A DNA stretch of 64,000 nucleotides from Patescibacteria group bacterium (GTDB lineage Bacteria; Patescibacteriota; Patescibacteriia; UBA9934): assembly GCA_018062825.1 (NCBI GenBank), contig JAGORL010000004.1, positions 7,409-71,408 on the forward strand, written 5' to 3'. Positions 6,991-14,898 of this stretch are shown here, one piece after another. The notes under the pieces are model-generated. The model made no database searches. It was given only the letters and a program-made list of their open reading frames with translations, and was not told where the DNA came from. Numbering within the stretch: the first letter of the stretch is position 1; the number at the start of each line of letters is the position of its first letter. Made by a program: the position numbers and the translations under genes.

Positions 6991-8727
6991 CGCTTTTGGT
7001 AATTGAGAAGCGCTGACAGCTTGACTGATCAACTGATCAGCTGCAATCACCAGCGACTCCTCCTTGCCGTACACCTTCACTTGGAAATCACCCCCTTCAG
7101 CTTCCTTGGCGCCGATAACGATCGTCCACGGCACCTTCTGCATCGCAGCATCACGAATCTTCTTACCAACCTTCTCAGAGGCATCATCAAGCTTCACGCG
7201 AATACCCGCAGTGCGAAGTGAAGACACGATCTTTTGAGCAGCTGGAATGTAATCATCGGAAACAGTAGCAATGCGCACCTGCTCAGGCGCTAACCAAAAC
7301 GGAAACGCTCCCGCAAGATGCTCAATGATAACGGAAGTGAAGCGCTCAATAGAACCCATGATCGCACAGTGGATCATAAGAATTCCCTCCTTCTCACCCT
7401 TCTCATTCACACACTCCAAGCCAAAATTCTTTGGTTGATTAAAATCGAGCTGAATAGTCGCTACCTGATGCGTTCGACCAATGGCGTCGTTAGCCATAAA
7501 GTCGATCTTAGGGCCATAAAAAGCCGCTTCACCCGGTCCATCAACCCACTCCACACCCTTCTCGGTCAAAATATCGCGAAGCGCGGCCTCAGCCTTATCC
7601 CAGTCCTCCGGAGCGCCTAAGTACTTTTGCGGCTGTTCTGGGTCACGTAAAGACAATCGTGGCTTCAAAGAGAAACCAAAAGCGCCATAGAACGTCTGAA
7701 TGATTCCCCAAATAATTTCCGCCTCCTGACGCACCTGTGATACTCGGCAAAAAACGTGCGCATCATCTTGAGTGATAGAAAGCACGCGTGATAAACCGGA
7801 AAGCTCCCCAGACTGCTCATCTCGGTACACCATCGTTGTTTCCGCGTAACGTATTGGTAATTCACGATATGAGTGCTGCTCGCTCGCATAAATCTGCGCA
7901 TGGTGCGGACAGTTCATCGGTTTCATGGCAAATACATGGCCCTCACGTGTTTCGATCTTAAACAGATCTTCAGCATACTTTGCCCAGTGACCAGAAGTCT
8001 CATACAGATCCTTCTTGGTGATGTGCGGGATAGCTACTCGTTCATAGCCGTACGGTCTACGCAGCTCCCAAACAAACTGATTAAGCACTTCACGAATAAC
8101 GGTTCCCTTTGGAGTCCAAAGTGGTAAACCCGGACCAACAAGATCGGAAAAAACAAAGAGTCCGAGCTCTTTGCCAAGCTTGCGATGATCACGTCGCTTT
8201 GCTTCTTCAAGCATGGTCAAGTGAGCCTCAAGCTCCGTCTTTGTTTCAAAAGCTAAACCGTAAATACGAGTAAGTTGATCATTCTTCTCGTCACCGCGCC
8301 AATATGCGCCGGCCACCTTGGTGAGCTTAAACGAATCTGGATCAATGCCTGCCAAACCTTCACTATGACCACCTCGGCAAAGATCAACAAATTTTCCGGA
8401 AGTATACAAGGACAACGTCTGACCATCCTTAGCAAACTCATTAATAAGCTCAAGCTTGTACTTATTATCCGCAAAAACAGTACGCGCCTCATCCGCATGC
8501 ACCTCATTTCGCTCAAAAGCTTTAAATGTTGGTAAAAGCTTACGCATGCGCTTCTCAATCTTAGGAAGCGCATCTTCTGAAAGCGGTTCGGTAAAGTAAA
8601 AATCGTAATAAAAACCGTTTTCAATCGCAGGACCAATCGTGCGCTTAGCATCTGGATACAGCTCCAAAACTGCGGCCGCCAGAAGATGCGCCAATGAATG
8701 TCGACGGTGTTCAAGATCGTGGCTCAT
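6988..8727 (-). CDS. thrS: threonine--tRNA ligase, short form lacking the N-terminal TGS/N1 domain (ATG at 8727; track start 8850 is a GTG extension through the leader)
   Basis: MSHDLEHRRHSLAHLLAAAVLELYPDAKRTIGPAIENGFYYDFYF matches the N2/editing-domain start of ThrRS. The class II core and anticodon-binding domain follow. 580 aa. Confidence 0.9.
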   Translation of the reverse strand: MSHDLEHRRHSLAHLLAAAVLELYPDAKRTIGPAIENGFYYDFYFTEPLSEDALPKIEKRMRKLLPTFKAFERNEVHADEARTVFADNKYKLELINEFAKDGQTLSLYTSGKFVDLCRGGHSEGLAGIDPDSFKLTKVAGAYWRGDEKNDQLTRIYGLAFETKTELEAHLTMLEEAKRRDHRKLGKELGLFVFSDLVGPGLPLWTPKGTVIREVLNQFVWELRRPYGYERVAIPHITKKDLYETSGHWAKYAEDLFKIETREGHVFAMKPMNCPHHAQIYASEQHSYRELPIRYAETTMVYRDEQSGELSGLSRVLSITQDDAHVFCRVSQVRQEAEIIWGIIQTFYGAFGFSLKPRLSLRDPEQPQKYLGAPEDWDKAEAALRDILTEKGVEWVDGPGEAAFYGPKIDFMANDAIGRTHQVATIQLDFNQPKNFGLECVNEKGEKEGILMIHCAIMGSIERFTSVIIEHLAGAFPFWLAPEQVRIATVSDDYIPAAQKIVSSLRTAGIRVKLDDASEKVGKKIRDAAMQKVPWTIVIGAKEAEGGDFQVKVYGKEESLVIAADQLISQAVSASQLPKA

Positions 8728-8917
8728 ACAATGGAAATAAAAATAGCCGAATACCCCTCCATGGGGATTCGGCCGGGCTCCAAAACAACGTTCGGAGGGT
8801 TCCACCCGGGTTGTAATAGGGATGTCTCCCCTATCACCACTCAATGACACCTAATAAACAAGTAGGTGCGACCTGTTCGCTCCTGGGGCGGTACTCCCAT
8901 TCATCGCGAATATTTGT
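8728..8917 (-). promoter_or_regulatory. T-box-like leader RNA of thrS (stem III, antiterminator with UGGAACC bulge, intrinsic terminator)
   Basis: Minus-strand RNA: ..AUAGGGgagacaUCCCUAU uacaa CCCGGG UGGAACC CUCC gaacguuguuuu GGAG CCCGG ccgaaucccc.., giving helix A1, the 7-nt bulge UGGNACC and helix A2. Then comes hairpin GCCGAAUCCCC-AUGGA-GGGGUAUUCGGC followed by UAUUUUUAUUU, about 8 nt before the ATG. A Thr codon candidate ACC/ACU lies in GCACCUACUUG. Confidence 0.5.
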
Positions 8918-8945
8918 ACTATAGCTTAACGACAACCGTTGTCAA
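8918..8945 (-). promoter_or_regulatory. sigma70-type promoter of the thrS leader (TTGACA-N16-TATAGT)
   Basis: Minus-strand read ttgacaacggttgtcgttaagctatagt. The leader length to the ATG is about 190 nt. Confidence 0.5.
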
Positions 8946-9017
8946 AACATTGACAAAACAGCAAAAATGTGATATGATTCTTCTTGTACCCAAAAAATGT
9001 TATTAGGCTAACATTAA

Positions 9018-9048
9018 ACAAAAAATCGGCTTTTCAGCCGGTTTTTTG
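9018..9048 (-). terminator. intrinsic terminator after gene 9049-10227
   Basis: aaaaaaTCGGCTtttcAGCCGGttttttg. On the minus strand it reads CCGGCUgaaaAGCCGA followed by UUUUUU, immediately after the stop. Confidence 0.55.
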
Positions 9049-10227
9049 TTATTTTGCAGCCTCAATAGTAATGCGCACATGATCAGCTAAACTTGGCACG
9101 CGCTGTAGCCAAAATGGTGTAAAACTCACATGAACATCACTTACCGCTTCACTTGCTCTAAGAAGCGTTTCAACCTCTTTAGCGGAACGCCCCAAGAAAC
9201 GATCCTTAGCTACGATGGCAGCATCCTCAGAGAGTAAAGCGACGCCATCAAGGTACGCCTGCACACGAGCCGTCTTATTTGCCACACTAAATTCCAAGAC
9301 CTCCATTTGAAGCGCATCAAGCTGCTCATCAATGAGCTTAAAGCCATCAGGCAACTGCTCCTGAAGGCGCATGGTAGCCACGCTACCCACCGCTTCTTTA
9401 TCAAAGTACACCACAGCAACACGTGCACGCATGGTAAGCGTAAATGCGCCTGCCTCAGTACCAATCTGCGTATCAGTACCCTGTGAAAGAATCTCAATAT
9501 CAAAAGCCTCGCCCTCAAGACCAGCCCGATCAACATCAGCCTGTAACTGCGCCTTTGCCTCCGCAAGTAATTCAGTCTGCAAAGCGGAAGAAGCATCAGC
9601 GACATCAGATTCAGTAAGGGTACGCACATACTGCACACCTCCAACCATCGGCGCACTACTTACTCCAACAATAGACTGCTGAAGCGTGGGGTTAAGTCCA
9701 GGAATGGTAAATGTACCTGCCGGAATCTCGCCAGCCTTTCCCGCCTGATCTGCGATGGCATACGCCTCAACCTGACCATTAGCAGGAACGGTGACAAAGT
9801 CACGCAAGCGAAAAAGGACTCCTGTTTCAGAAAGTAAACGAGTAGTAGCCACAAGCGGTTGATCACCATTTGTGCCGTTAACAAGCGTCACGTAACCACC
9901 AGCCTTCTGCTCAACTGCCCGAGCGCCATCTGCCGGTAAAATAAAGAGTCGTGATCGATCAAGGGTAATCTCGTTTACAATACCTCGAATATCATTGGTG
10001 TCCTGAGGAGCTGCGACAACGTCAGCAAAGGCGTTCACCGAGATGGTCTTTGGTTCACTAATAACTTTAATCGTTGCCCTGGAAATAGAGAGGTAAACAA
10101 CACCTATCAAAAGCAAGAAAGCAACCGCCACGAAGCCCACAGCAATGCGTTGATACAAACGCAAAGAACGAGAAAGTGGTCTACTCCCCGCTTCAGACCG
10201 CGTGCGTACTGTCTTTACCATACGCAA
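9049..10227 (-). CDS. hypothetical membrane-anchored protein (single N-terminal TM, large extracytoplasmic domain), co-transcribed downstream of dnaE
   Basis: 392 aa. The hydrophobic segment IAVGFVAVAFLLLIGVVYLSI is followed by a long Ala/Thr/Gly/Val-rich domain. It lies 15 nt after the dnaE stop. Confidence 0.55.
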   Translation of the reverse strand: MRMVKTVRTRSEAGSRPLSRSLRLYQRIAVGFVAVAFLLLIGVVYLSISRATIKVISEPKTISVNAFADVVAAPQDTNDIRGIVNEITLDRSRLFILPADGARAVEQKAGGYVTLVNGTNGDQPLVATTRLLSETGVLFRLRDFVTVPANGQVEAYAIADQAGKAGEIPAGTFTIPGLNPTLQQSIVGVSSAPMVGGVQYVRTLTESDVADASSALQTELLAEAKAQLQADVDRAGLEGEAFDIEILSQGTDTQIGTEAGAFTLTMRARVAVVYFDKEAVGSVATMRLQEQLPDGFKLIDEQLDALQMEVLEFSVANKTARVQAYLDGVALLSEDAAIVAKDRFLGRSAKEVETLLRASEAVSDVHVSFTPFWLQRVPSLADHVRITIEAAK

Positions 10228-10242
10228 GTTAGTATAACACGC

Positions 10243-13200
10243 CTAAACCTTAACATTTCCCTCACCTACAAGACCGGTAACAAGCTTCATTAAAGCGTGA
10301 TTTGGCGAAACCGAATATTCCGTAGCAATCCGCTTACGCTCACCACCGGCAACAACCTCAAGATACACCCGCGTTTCTCCCTCGTGCGCTTTTAACGCGT
10401 CACGCAAGCGCATAATAAGATCATTAGACGGCGAGTCTGGAACAACAACCACAAACTGACGCTGAACGCTCGTCACAGGAACCGCTTCACGCTTCATGGG
10501 AGCGCCACGCCTCTCAAACGTTGGCGATCCCCCAGCACGCAGCGACTGCACAAGCATAGGGATCTGCTCTTCGGTAAACGCCGTCACTTCATCAACAAGC
10601 ACTGACCATTCCTTTGTAGAAGATTCTTCACGCTCCCGAATAGAAACCTTACCGGAAATAAGAACAAAGGTGTCTGGCAAAAGAATGTCACGCACCTTCT
10701 GATACGTCTTAGGAAAGACAACTGTCTCAAGTGATCCTGATGGATCATCAAGGCGCACAAACGCCATTGGTTCATTTTTTTTCTTAGTGTAAATCTGCTT
10801 AAAGTTAGAAATAATGCCACAGACACGTACCATATCGCCATCAGCCATCGCTAAAACCTCTTTCAACTTAGTAACAAACGGCGAAAGCGGCTCAGCAAAA
10901 AGTGCAGCAGGGTGCTCGGAAACATACATACCCAAAAGCTCCTTCTCCCAAGAAAGTTGGACGCTTTTTGAAAGCGGCTCAACGGCCCGCAACTCAAGAG
11001 ACTGGACCTGCATCTCGGGAGCAAACTGAAAAAGAGATGACTGATTACGTTCTTTCTCCTGCTGAGACTGCTTGTTGTACTGCACCATCTGATCCAAATT
11101 CCCCGCCATGGTGACACGATCACCAAATCGATCCAAAGCACCACACTTCACAAGCGCCTCAAGCGTCTTACGATTAAAGGCATGGCTCTTCACGCGTGAC
11201 AAAAGATCAGCCAAGTCCACAAATGGACCATGAGCCTTGCGTTCCTGCACGATAAATTCCGCAACCTCTTCACCAACATTCTTAATAGCTCGCAAACCCC
11301 AGCGAATATTGTTGGTATCTTTAACAACTGCAAATCCCGGGAATGATTCATTAACGTCCGGCTGCAAAACCTTCAAACCCATGCGATTACACTCCTCAAC
11401 CTCAATAGTGATGCGATCAATATTTCCGGCATCAGAATTCATGAGCGCCGCCATGAAACAAGCCGGATAATGCGCTTTAAGGTATGCCGTACGATACGCA
11501 ATGAGCGCATAACAGGCCGCGTGCGATTTATTAAAACCATACGCCGCAAAATCCTCCAACTTTTGGAAGATCTTAGTCGCCGTCGCTTCTGGAACATTAT
11601 TTTTAACCGCGCCCTCGATAAACTTAACCTTCATCTTGGCCATCAACTCCGCAATCTTCTTACCCATGGCTTTACGAAGTCCATCAGCTTCACCAGCCGT
11701 AAAGCCCGCCATGTCTTTAGAGACCTGCATCACCTGCTCCTGATACACCGGGATACCATATGTTTCCTTAAAGGCATTCTCCATGAGCGGATGCTCGTAC
11801 ACCACCTTCTCTAAACCGTGCTTACGACGAATAAAGCTCTCGATAAACTGCATCGGACCCGGACGATACAAAGACACCATGGCAATGATGTCTTCAAAAG
11901 CTGATGGTTGCAGCTCCTTGATGTAGCGCTTCATGCCGTCAGATTCAAGCTGGAATACACCAGTCGTCTCACCACGACCAAGGAGTGCAAACGACGGCTT
12001 GTCATCAAGTGGCAAGGTATTGATATCAACCTCTACTTTATGAACGGCTCGAATAATCTCAAGCGCATCCTCAATAATTGTTAAGTTAGAAAGTCCAAGA
12101 AAGTCCATCTTCACTAAACCCGCCGCTTCAGCGGAGTTAAGTGAATACTGGGTAACAAGCGCCATGTCTTCATGCTGGCCAGCCTGGAGCGGCACACGTT
12201 CAACAAGCGGCCTATCACCGATCACAATGCCACACGCGTGCTGCGAGGCATGACGCGGATTTCCCTCCATTTTCATGGCAAGCTCAATAACTCGGCGTAC
12301 CATGGCATCCGTGTCATACAGCTGCTTAAGTTCCGGCGCCTCTTCAATCGCTTTCTTCAAAGGTGTGTGCTTGCCCTGCACGGGCGGCGGAACCACCTTG
12401 GCAATCACATCAGCCTCCTGAAACGATAAGCCGAGAACACGCGCTGCATCTCGAACCGCAGCACGTGGCATGAGTGTTCCAAAGGTAATAATGCCCGCCA
12501 CGTGATCAGCGCCATACTTTTTTGTCACGTACTCCAAAACCTTTCCGCGACCACGGTCCGCAAAGTCTGTATCAATATCAGGCATCGAAACACGATCAGG
12601 GTTCAAGAAACGCTCAAAGAGGAGTCCATAACGAAGCGGATCAAGGTCCGTAATCTGTAACGCGTACGCAATAATGGAACCAGCCGCCGAACCACGACCA
12701 GGACCGACGAGAATGTCGTTCTTCTTGGCCCACGTAATGTAATCTTGAACGATTAAAAAGTAAGATGAAAAACCCATCTTAACAATCGTCGCAAACTCAA
12801 ACTCAAAACGCTCCATTACTTCAGGAGGGATCGGATCAGCATACCGCAACTTCAAACCTTCAATACACAACTCGTGCATGACATCGTTATCAGTCTTACC
12901 TTCAGGCAGCGGAAAATGCGGCAAGAAATTTTTGCCAAGTTCCATCTGAAAATCAACACGATCGGCAATTTTACGAGTATTCAAAAGCGCCTCAGGAAGA
13001 TGCGCGAAGCCATCGATTATCTCCTGAGGTTCACCAAAAGAAAGATCTACTTCGTCGGTATTTGTGCGGCGAAATTCTTCAAGCGTGCGACCACGCTGAA
13101 TACACATAGATGCCTCATACCCCTCCCTATCTTCCGGATCAAGATAGAAAACATTTTTTGTAGCAACAAGCTGGGCGCCAGTCTCTTTTGCTAGTTGCTC

Positions 13201-13779
13201 AAAGGCCGTATTCACTTCAACCTGACGCGGCATGTCCGGATGATGAATAAGCTCCAAGAAAAAGTTATCTTTACCAAAAATATCTTGATACTCACCAATG
13301 AGCGTTTTGGCCTTAGCAAGATCACCGTTAGCAGCTGCAGTGGCTATCTCTCCCCCAACCGCACCGGAAAGTGCAATAAGACCCTTAGCGTGATCACGCA
13401 AAAATTGCTTATCAACACGGGCTTTATAGTAAAAACCTTCTAAGTAGGCCGCGGTAACGATACGTGCCAAGTTTCGATATCCTTCATCGTTCTCAACAAT
13501 CAAAACCAAACGAAACGGTCGATCATCAACACGGGGTCGCTTATCTGTCATGCGGTATGGCGCCACGTAAATATCGCACCCAATAATCGGCTTAATCTCT
13601 GCATCCTTACAAGCCTTAAAAAACTCAACAGCGCCATACAAATTGGCGTTATCAGTAAGAGCAAGTGCCGTCATTCCTAAATCTTTAGCACGCGCAACAA
13701 GCGCCTTAGGCTTAGGAAGCGCCTCAAGGAGCGAGTAGTGGGAATGTGCATGGAGATAAACAAAATCCTTCGGATCCAT
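10243..13779 (-). CDS. dnaE: DNA polymerase III alpha subunit
   Basis: 1178 aa. N-terminal PHP domain YLHAHSHYSLLEA, then polymerase core and C-terminal OB-fold region. Confidence 0.95.
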   Translation of the reverse strand: MDPKDFVYLHAHSHYSLLEALPKPKALVARAKDLGMTALALTDNANLYGAVEFFKACKDAEIKPIIGCDIYVAPYRMTDKRPRVDDRPFRLVLIVENDEGYRNLARIVTAAYLEGFYYKARVDKQFLRDHAKGLIALSGAVGGEIATAAANGDLAKAKTLIGEYQDIFGKDNFFLELIHHPDMPRQVEVNTAFEQLAKETGAQLVATKNVFYLDPEDREGYEASMCIQRGRTLEEFRRTNTDEVDLSFGEPQEIIDGFAHLPEALLNTRKIADRVDFQMELGKNFLPHFPLPEGKTDNDVMHELCIEGLKLRYADPIPPEVMERFEFEFATIVKMGFSSYFLIVQDYITWAKKNDILVGPGRGSAAGSIIAYALQITDLDPLRYGLLFERFLNPDRVSMPDIDTDFADRGRGKVLEYVTKKYGADHVAGIITFGTLMPRAAVRDAARVLGLSFQEADVIAKVVPPPVQGKHTPLKKAIEEAPELKQLYDTDAMVRRVIELAMKMEGNPRHASQHACGIVIGDRPLVERVPLQAGQHEDMALVTQYSLNSAEAAGLVKMDFLGLSNLTIIEDALEIIRAVHKVEVDINTLPLDDKPSFALLGRGETTGVFQLESDGMKRYIKELQPSAFEDIIAMVSLYRPGPMQFIESFIRRKHGLEKVVYEHPLMENAFKETYGIPVYQEQVMQVSKDMAGFTAGEADGLRKAMGKKIAELMAKMKVKFIEGAVKNNVPEATATKIFQKLEDFAAYGFNKSHAACYALIAYRTAYLKAHYPACFMAALMNSDAGNIDRITIEVEECNRMGLKVLQPDVNESFPGFAVVKDTNNIRWGLRAIKNVGEEVAEFIVQERKAHGPFVDLADLLSRVKSHAFNRKTLEALVKCGALDRFGDRVTMAGNLDQMVQYNKQSQQEKERNQSSLFQFAPEMQVQSLELRAVEPLSKSVQLSWEKELLGMYVSEHPAALFAEPLSPFVTKLKEVLAMADGDMVRVCGIISNFKQIYTKKKNEPMAFVRLDDPSGSLETVVFPKTYQKVRDILLPDTFVLISGKVSIREREESSTKEWSVLVDEVTAFTEEQIPMLVQSLRAGGSPTFERRGAPMKREAVPVTSVQRQFVVVVPDSPSNDLIMRLRDALKAHEGETRVYLEVVAGGERKRIATEYSVSPNHALMKLVTGLVGEGNVKV

Positions 13780-13840
13780 ACAATGTCAGGCCACCCTATC
13801 AAAACCCCATCTTTCTCACGAGTGGATAACATGTGCAAAC

Positions 13841-13869
13841 TTTACCTTTCATAAAAGCTTTGCTAATAT
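13841..13869 (+). promoter_or_regulatory. promoter module C: weak -35 TTTACC, N17, TAATAT, then GCTAATATCCGCCAA...GGAGGCT UTR homologous to module A
   Basis: tttacctttcataaaagctttgctaatatccgccaagttcttcggaacatggaggctacATG, compared with module A ..ctgctaatatcagccaaccaaattggaggctttcATG. Confidence 0.45.
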
Positions 13870-13899
13870 CCGCCAAGTTCTTCGGAACATGGAGGCTAC

Positions 13900-14502
13900 A
13901 TGCTTAGGACCGTTCTCGTCGACCTCGATGACGTCGTCGCCGACTGGCGGGGACAGGTGATTCGAGACGCACAGAAGATCCTCGGGGACTCAAACGTGTT
14001 CATTCACGGACGAGACTACGAGGTCTGGGACATGATCAGTGAGTACCGCAAGGGATTCGGCGAGGAGGCGGTGCAGGCGATCCTGCAAGCAATCAATGCC
14101 CCCGGCTTCCACGAATCCCTGCCGCCGATCGAAGGAGCGATGGACGCACTGCAGCAACTCGATCACGACGGCTTCGACGCCTACATCGTCACCTGGCCGT
14201 GGCTTGGTCACCGGTCATGTGCCGGTGAGAAGCTCAACTGGGTTCGCGACAAGCTCGGCAGCTACTGGGAAAGGCGCACGATCATCAGCGCCAACAAGGT
14301 GCTCGTGCGCGGTGATCTGCTCATCGACGACCGACCAGATGCCGCGAAGCACGGCAACGGTCACGATCCGTCGTGGCAACACATCTTGTTCACGAACGAA
14401 GACTGGCCGTTCCGCCCGCACCTGAGCGACCACCCCGCCACGCACCGCATGCACGGCTGGGCAGAACTCCCCCGCATTCTGCAGGAACACAAACTCCTGT
14501 AG
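13900..14502 (+). CDS. 5'(3')-deoxyribonucleotidase-like HAD hydrolase (NT5C family), high-GC gene C (likely horizontally acquired)
   Basis: N-terminal HAD motif I VLVDLDDVVADW and NT5C-like length (200 aa). About 62% GC with GC-rich third positions (GTC/GAC/CTC/GCC codons). The overlapping ORFs in other frames are artefacts of the GC richness. Confidence 0.7.
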   Translation: MLRTVLVDLDDVVADWRGQVIRDAQKILGDSNVFIHGRDYEVWDMISEYRKGFGEEAVQAILQAINAPGFHESLPPIEGAMDALQQLDHDGFDAYIVTWPWLGHRSCAGEKLNWVRDKLGSYWERRTIISANKVLVRGDLLIDDRPDAAKHGNGHDPSWQHILFTNEDWPFRPHLSDHPATHRMHGWAELPRILQEHKLL

Positions 14503-14507
14503 CAAAA

Positions 14508-14547
14508 ACCCCGACATCCTCGCTAGGATCGTCGGGGTTCTTCTTAT
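14508..14547 (+). terminator. GC-rich intrinsic terminator of gene C
   Basis: CCCCGACATCCTcgcTAGGATCGTCGGGG long hairpin followed by ttcttcttatctc. Confidence 0.55.
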
Positions 14548-14596
14548 CTCACCTCACTTCACCACTTTACTCTTTTAACGTTACTCTTTAATCTCC

Positions 14597-14875
14597 CTAC
14601 CACTGCCCCGTATTATCCCGCACTTTGAGGGCTTCAATGATCTTCTTAATACCCTCAGCAATCCCGCTCACCATGGCGATATTTCCCTCAAACTTACGCT
14701 TCATGCCGTGAATTGCCTGTTCAAGTTCACCAACCTTTGTGCGCATTTCATCAACAAGAACATGCAATCGCTTCAAAAGTGAAGCAAGTTGAAACAGGAC
14801 AAAACACAAGAAGATCGTAAACCACAGGGCGCAAAACGCCAGGACGATGAAGAGAATGTCTTGTGAGTCGAGCAT
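14597..14875 (-). CDS. small membrane protein (N-terminal TM plus C-terminal coiled coil; DUF948-like), last gene of the pheS-pheT operon
   Basis: 92 aa. The hydrophobic N-terminus ILFIVLAFCALWFTIFLCFVLF is followed by a charged helical segment. Confidence 0.45.
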   Translation of the reverse strand: MLDSQDILFIVLAFCALWFTIFLCFVLFQLASLLKRLHVLVDEMRTKVGELEQAIHGMKRKFEGNIAMVSGIAEGIKKIIEALKVRDNTGQW

Positions 14876-14898
14876 AGATAGCCTTAGTGTATCACAAC

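Noticed and set aside
8728-8850. GTG/TTG-extended N-termini from the ORF track (thrS to 8850, rseP to 19511, radA from 29154, gene A to 2305, znuB to 36990)
   Set aside because: Extensions run through leaders or terminators or overlap upstream genes. Internal ATG starts give the stop-1nt-ATG coupling pattern and conserved protein N-termini.
13990-14517. Several overlapping ORFs (13990..14211, 14039..14425, 14215..14517, 14373..14591) inside gene C
   Set aside because: Alternative-frame and antisense products of a high-GC gene. Only the 13900-14502 frame has HAD motifs and an RBS.
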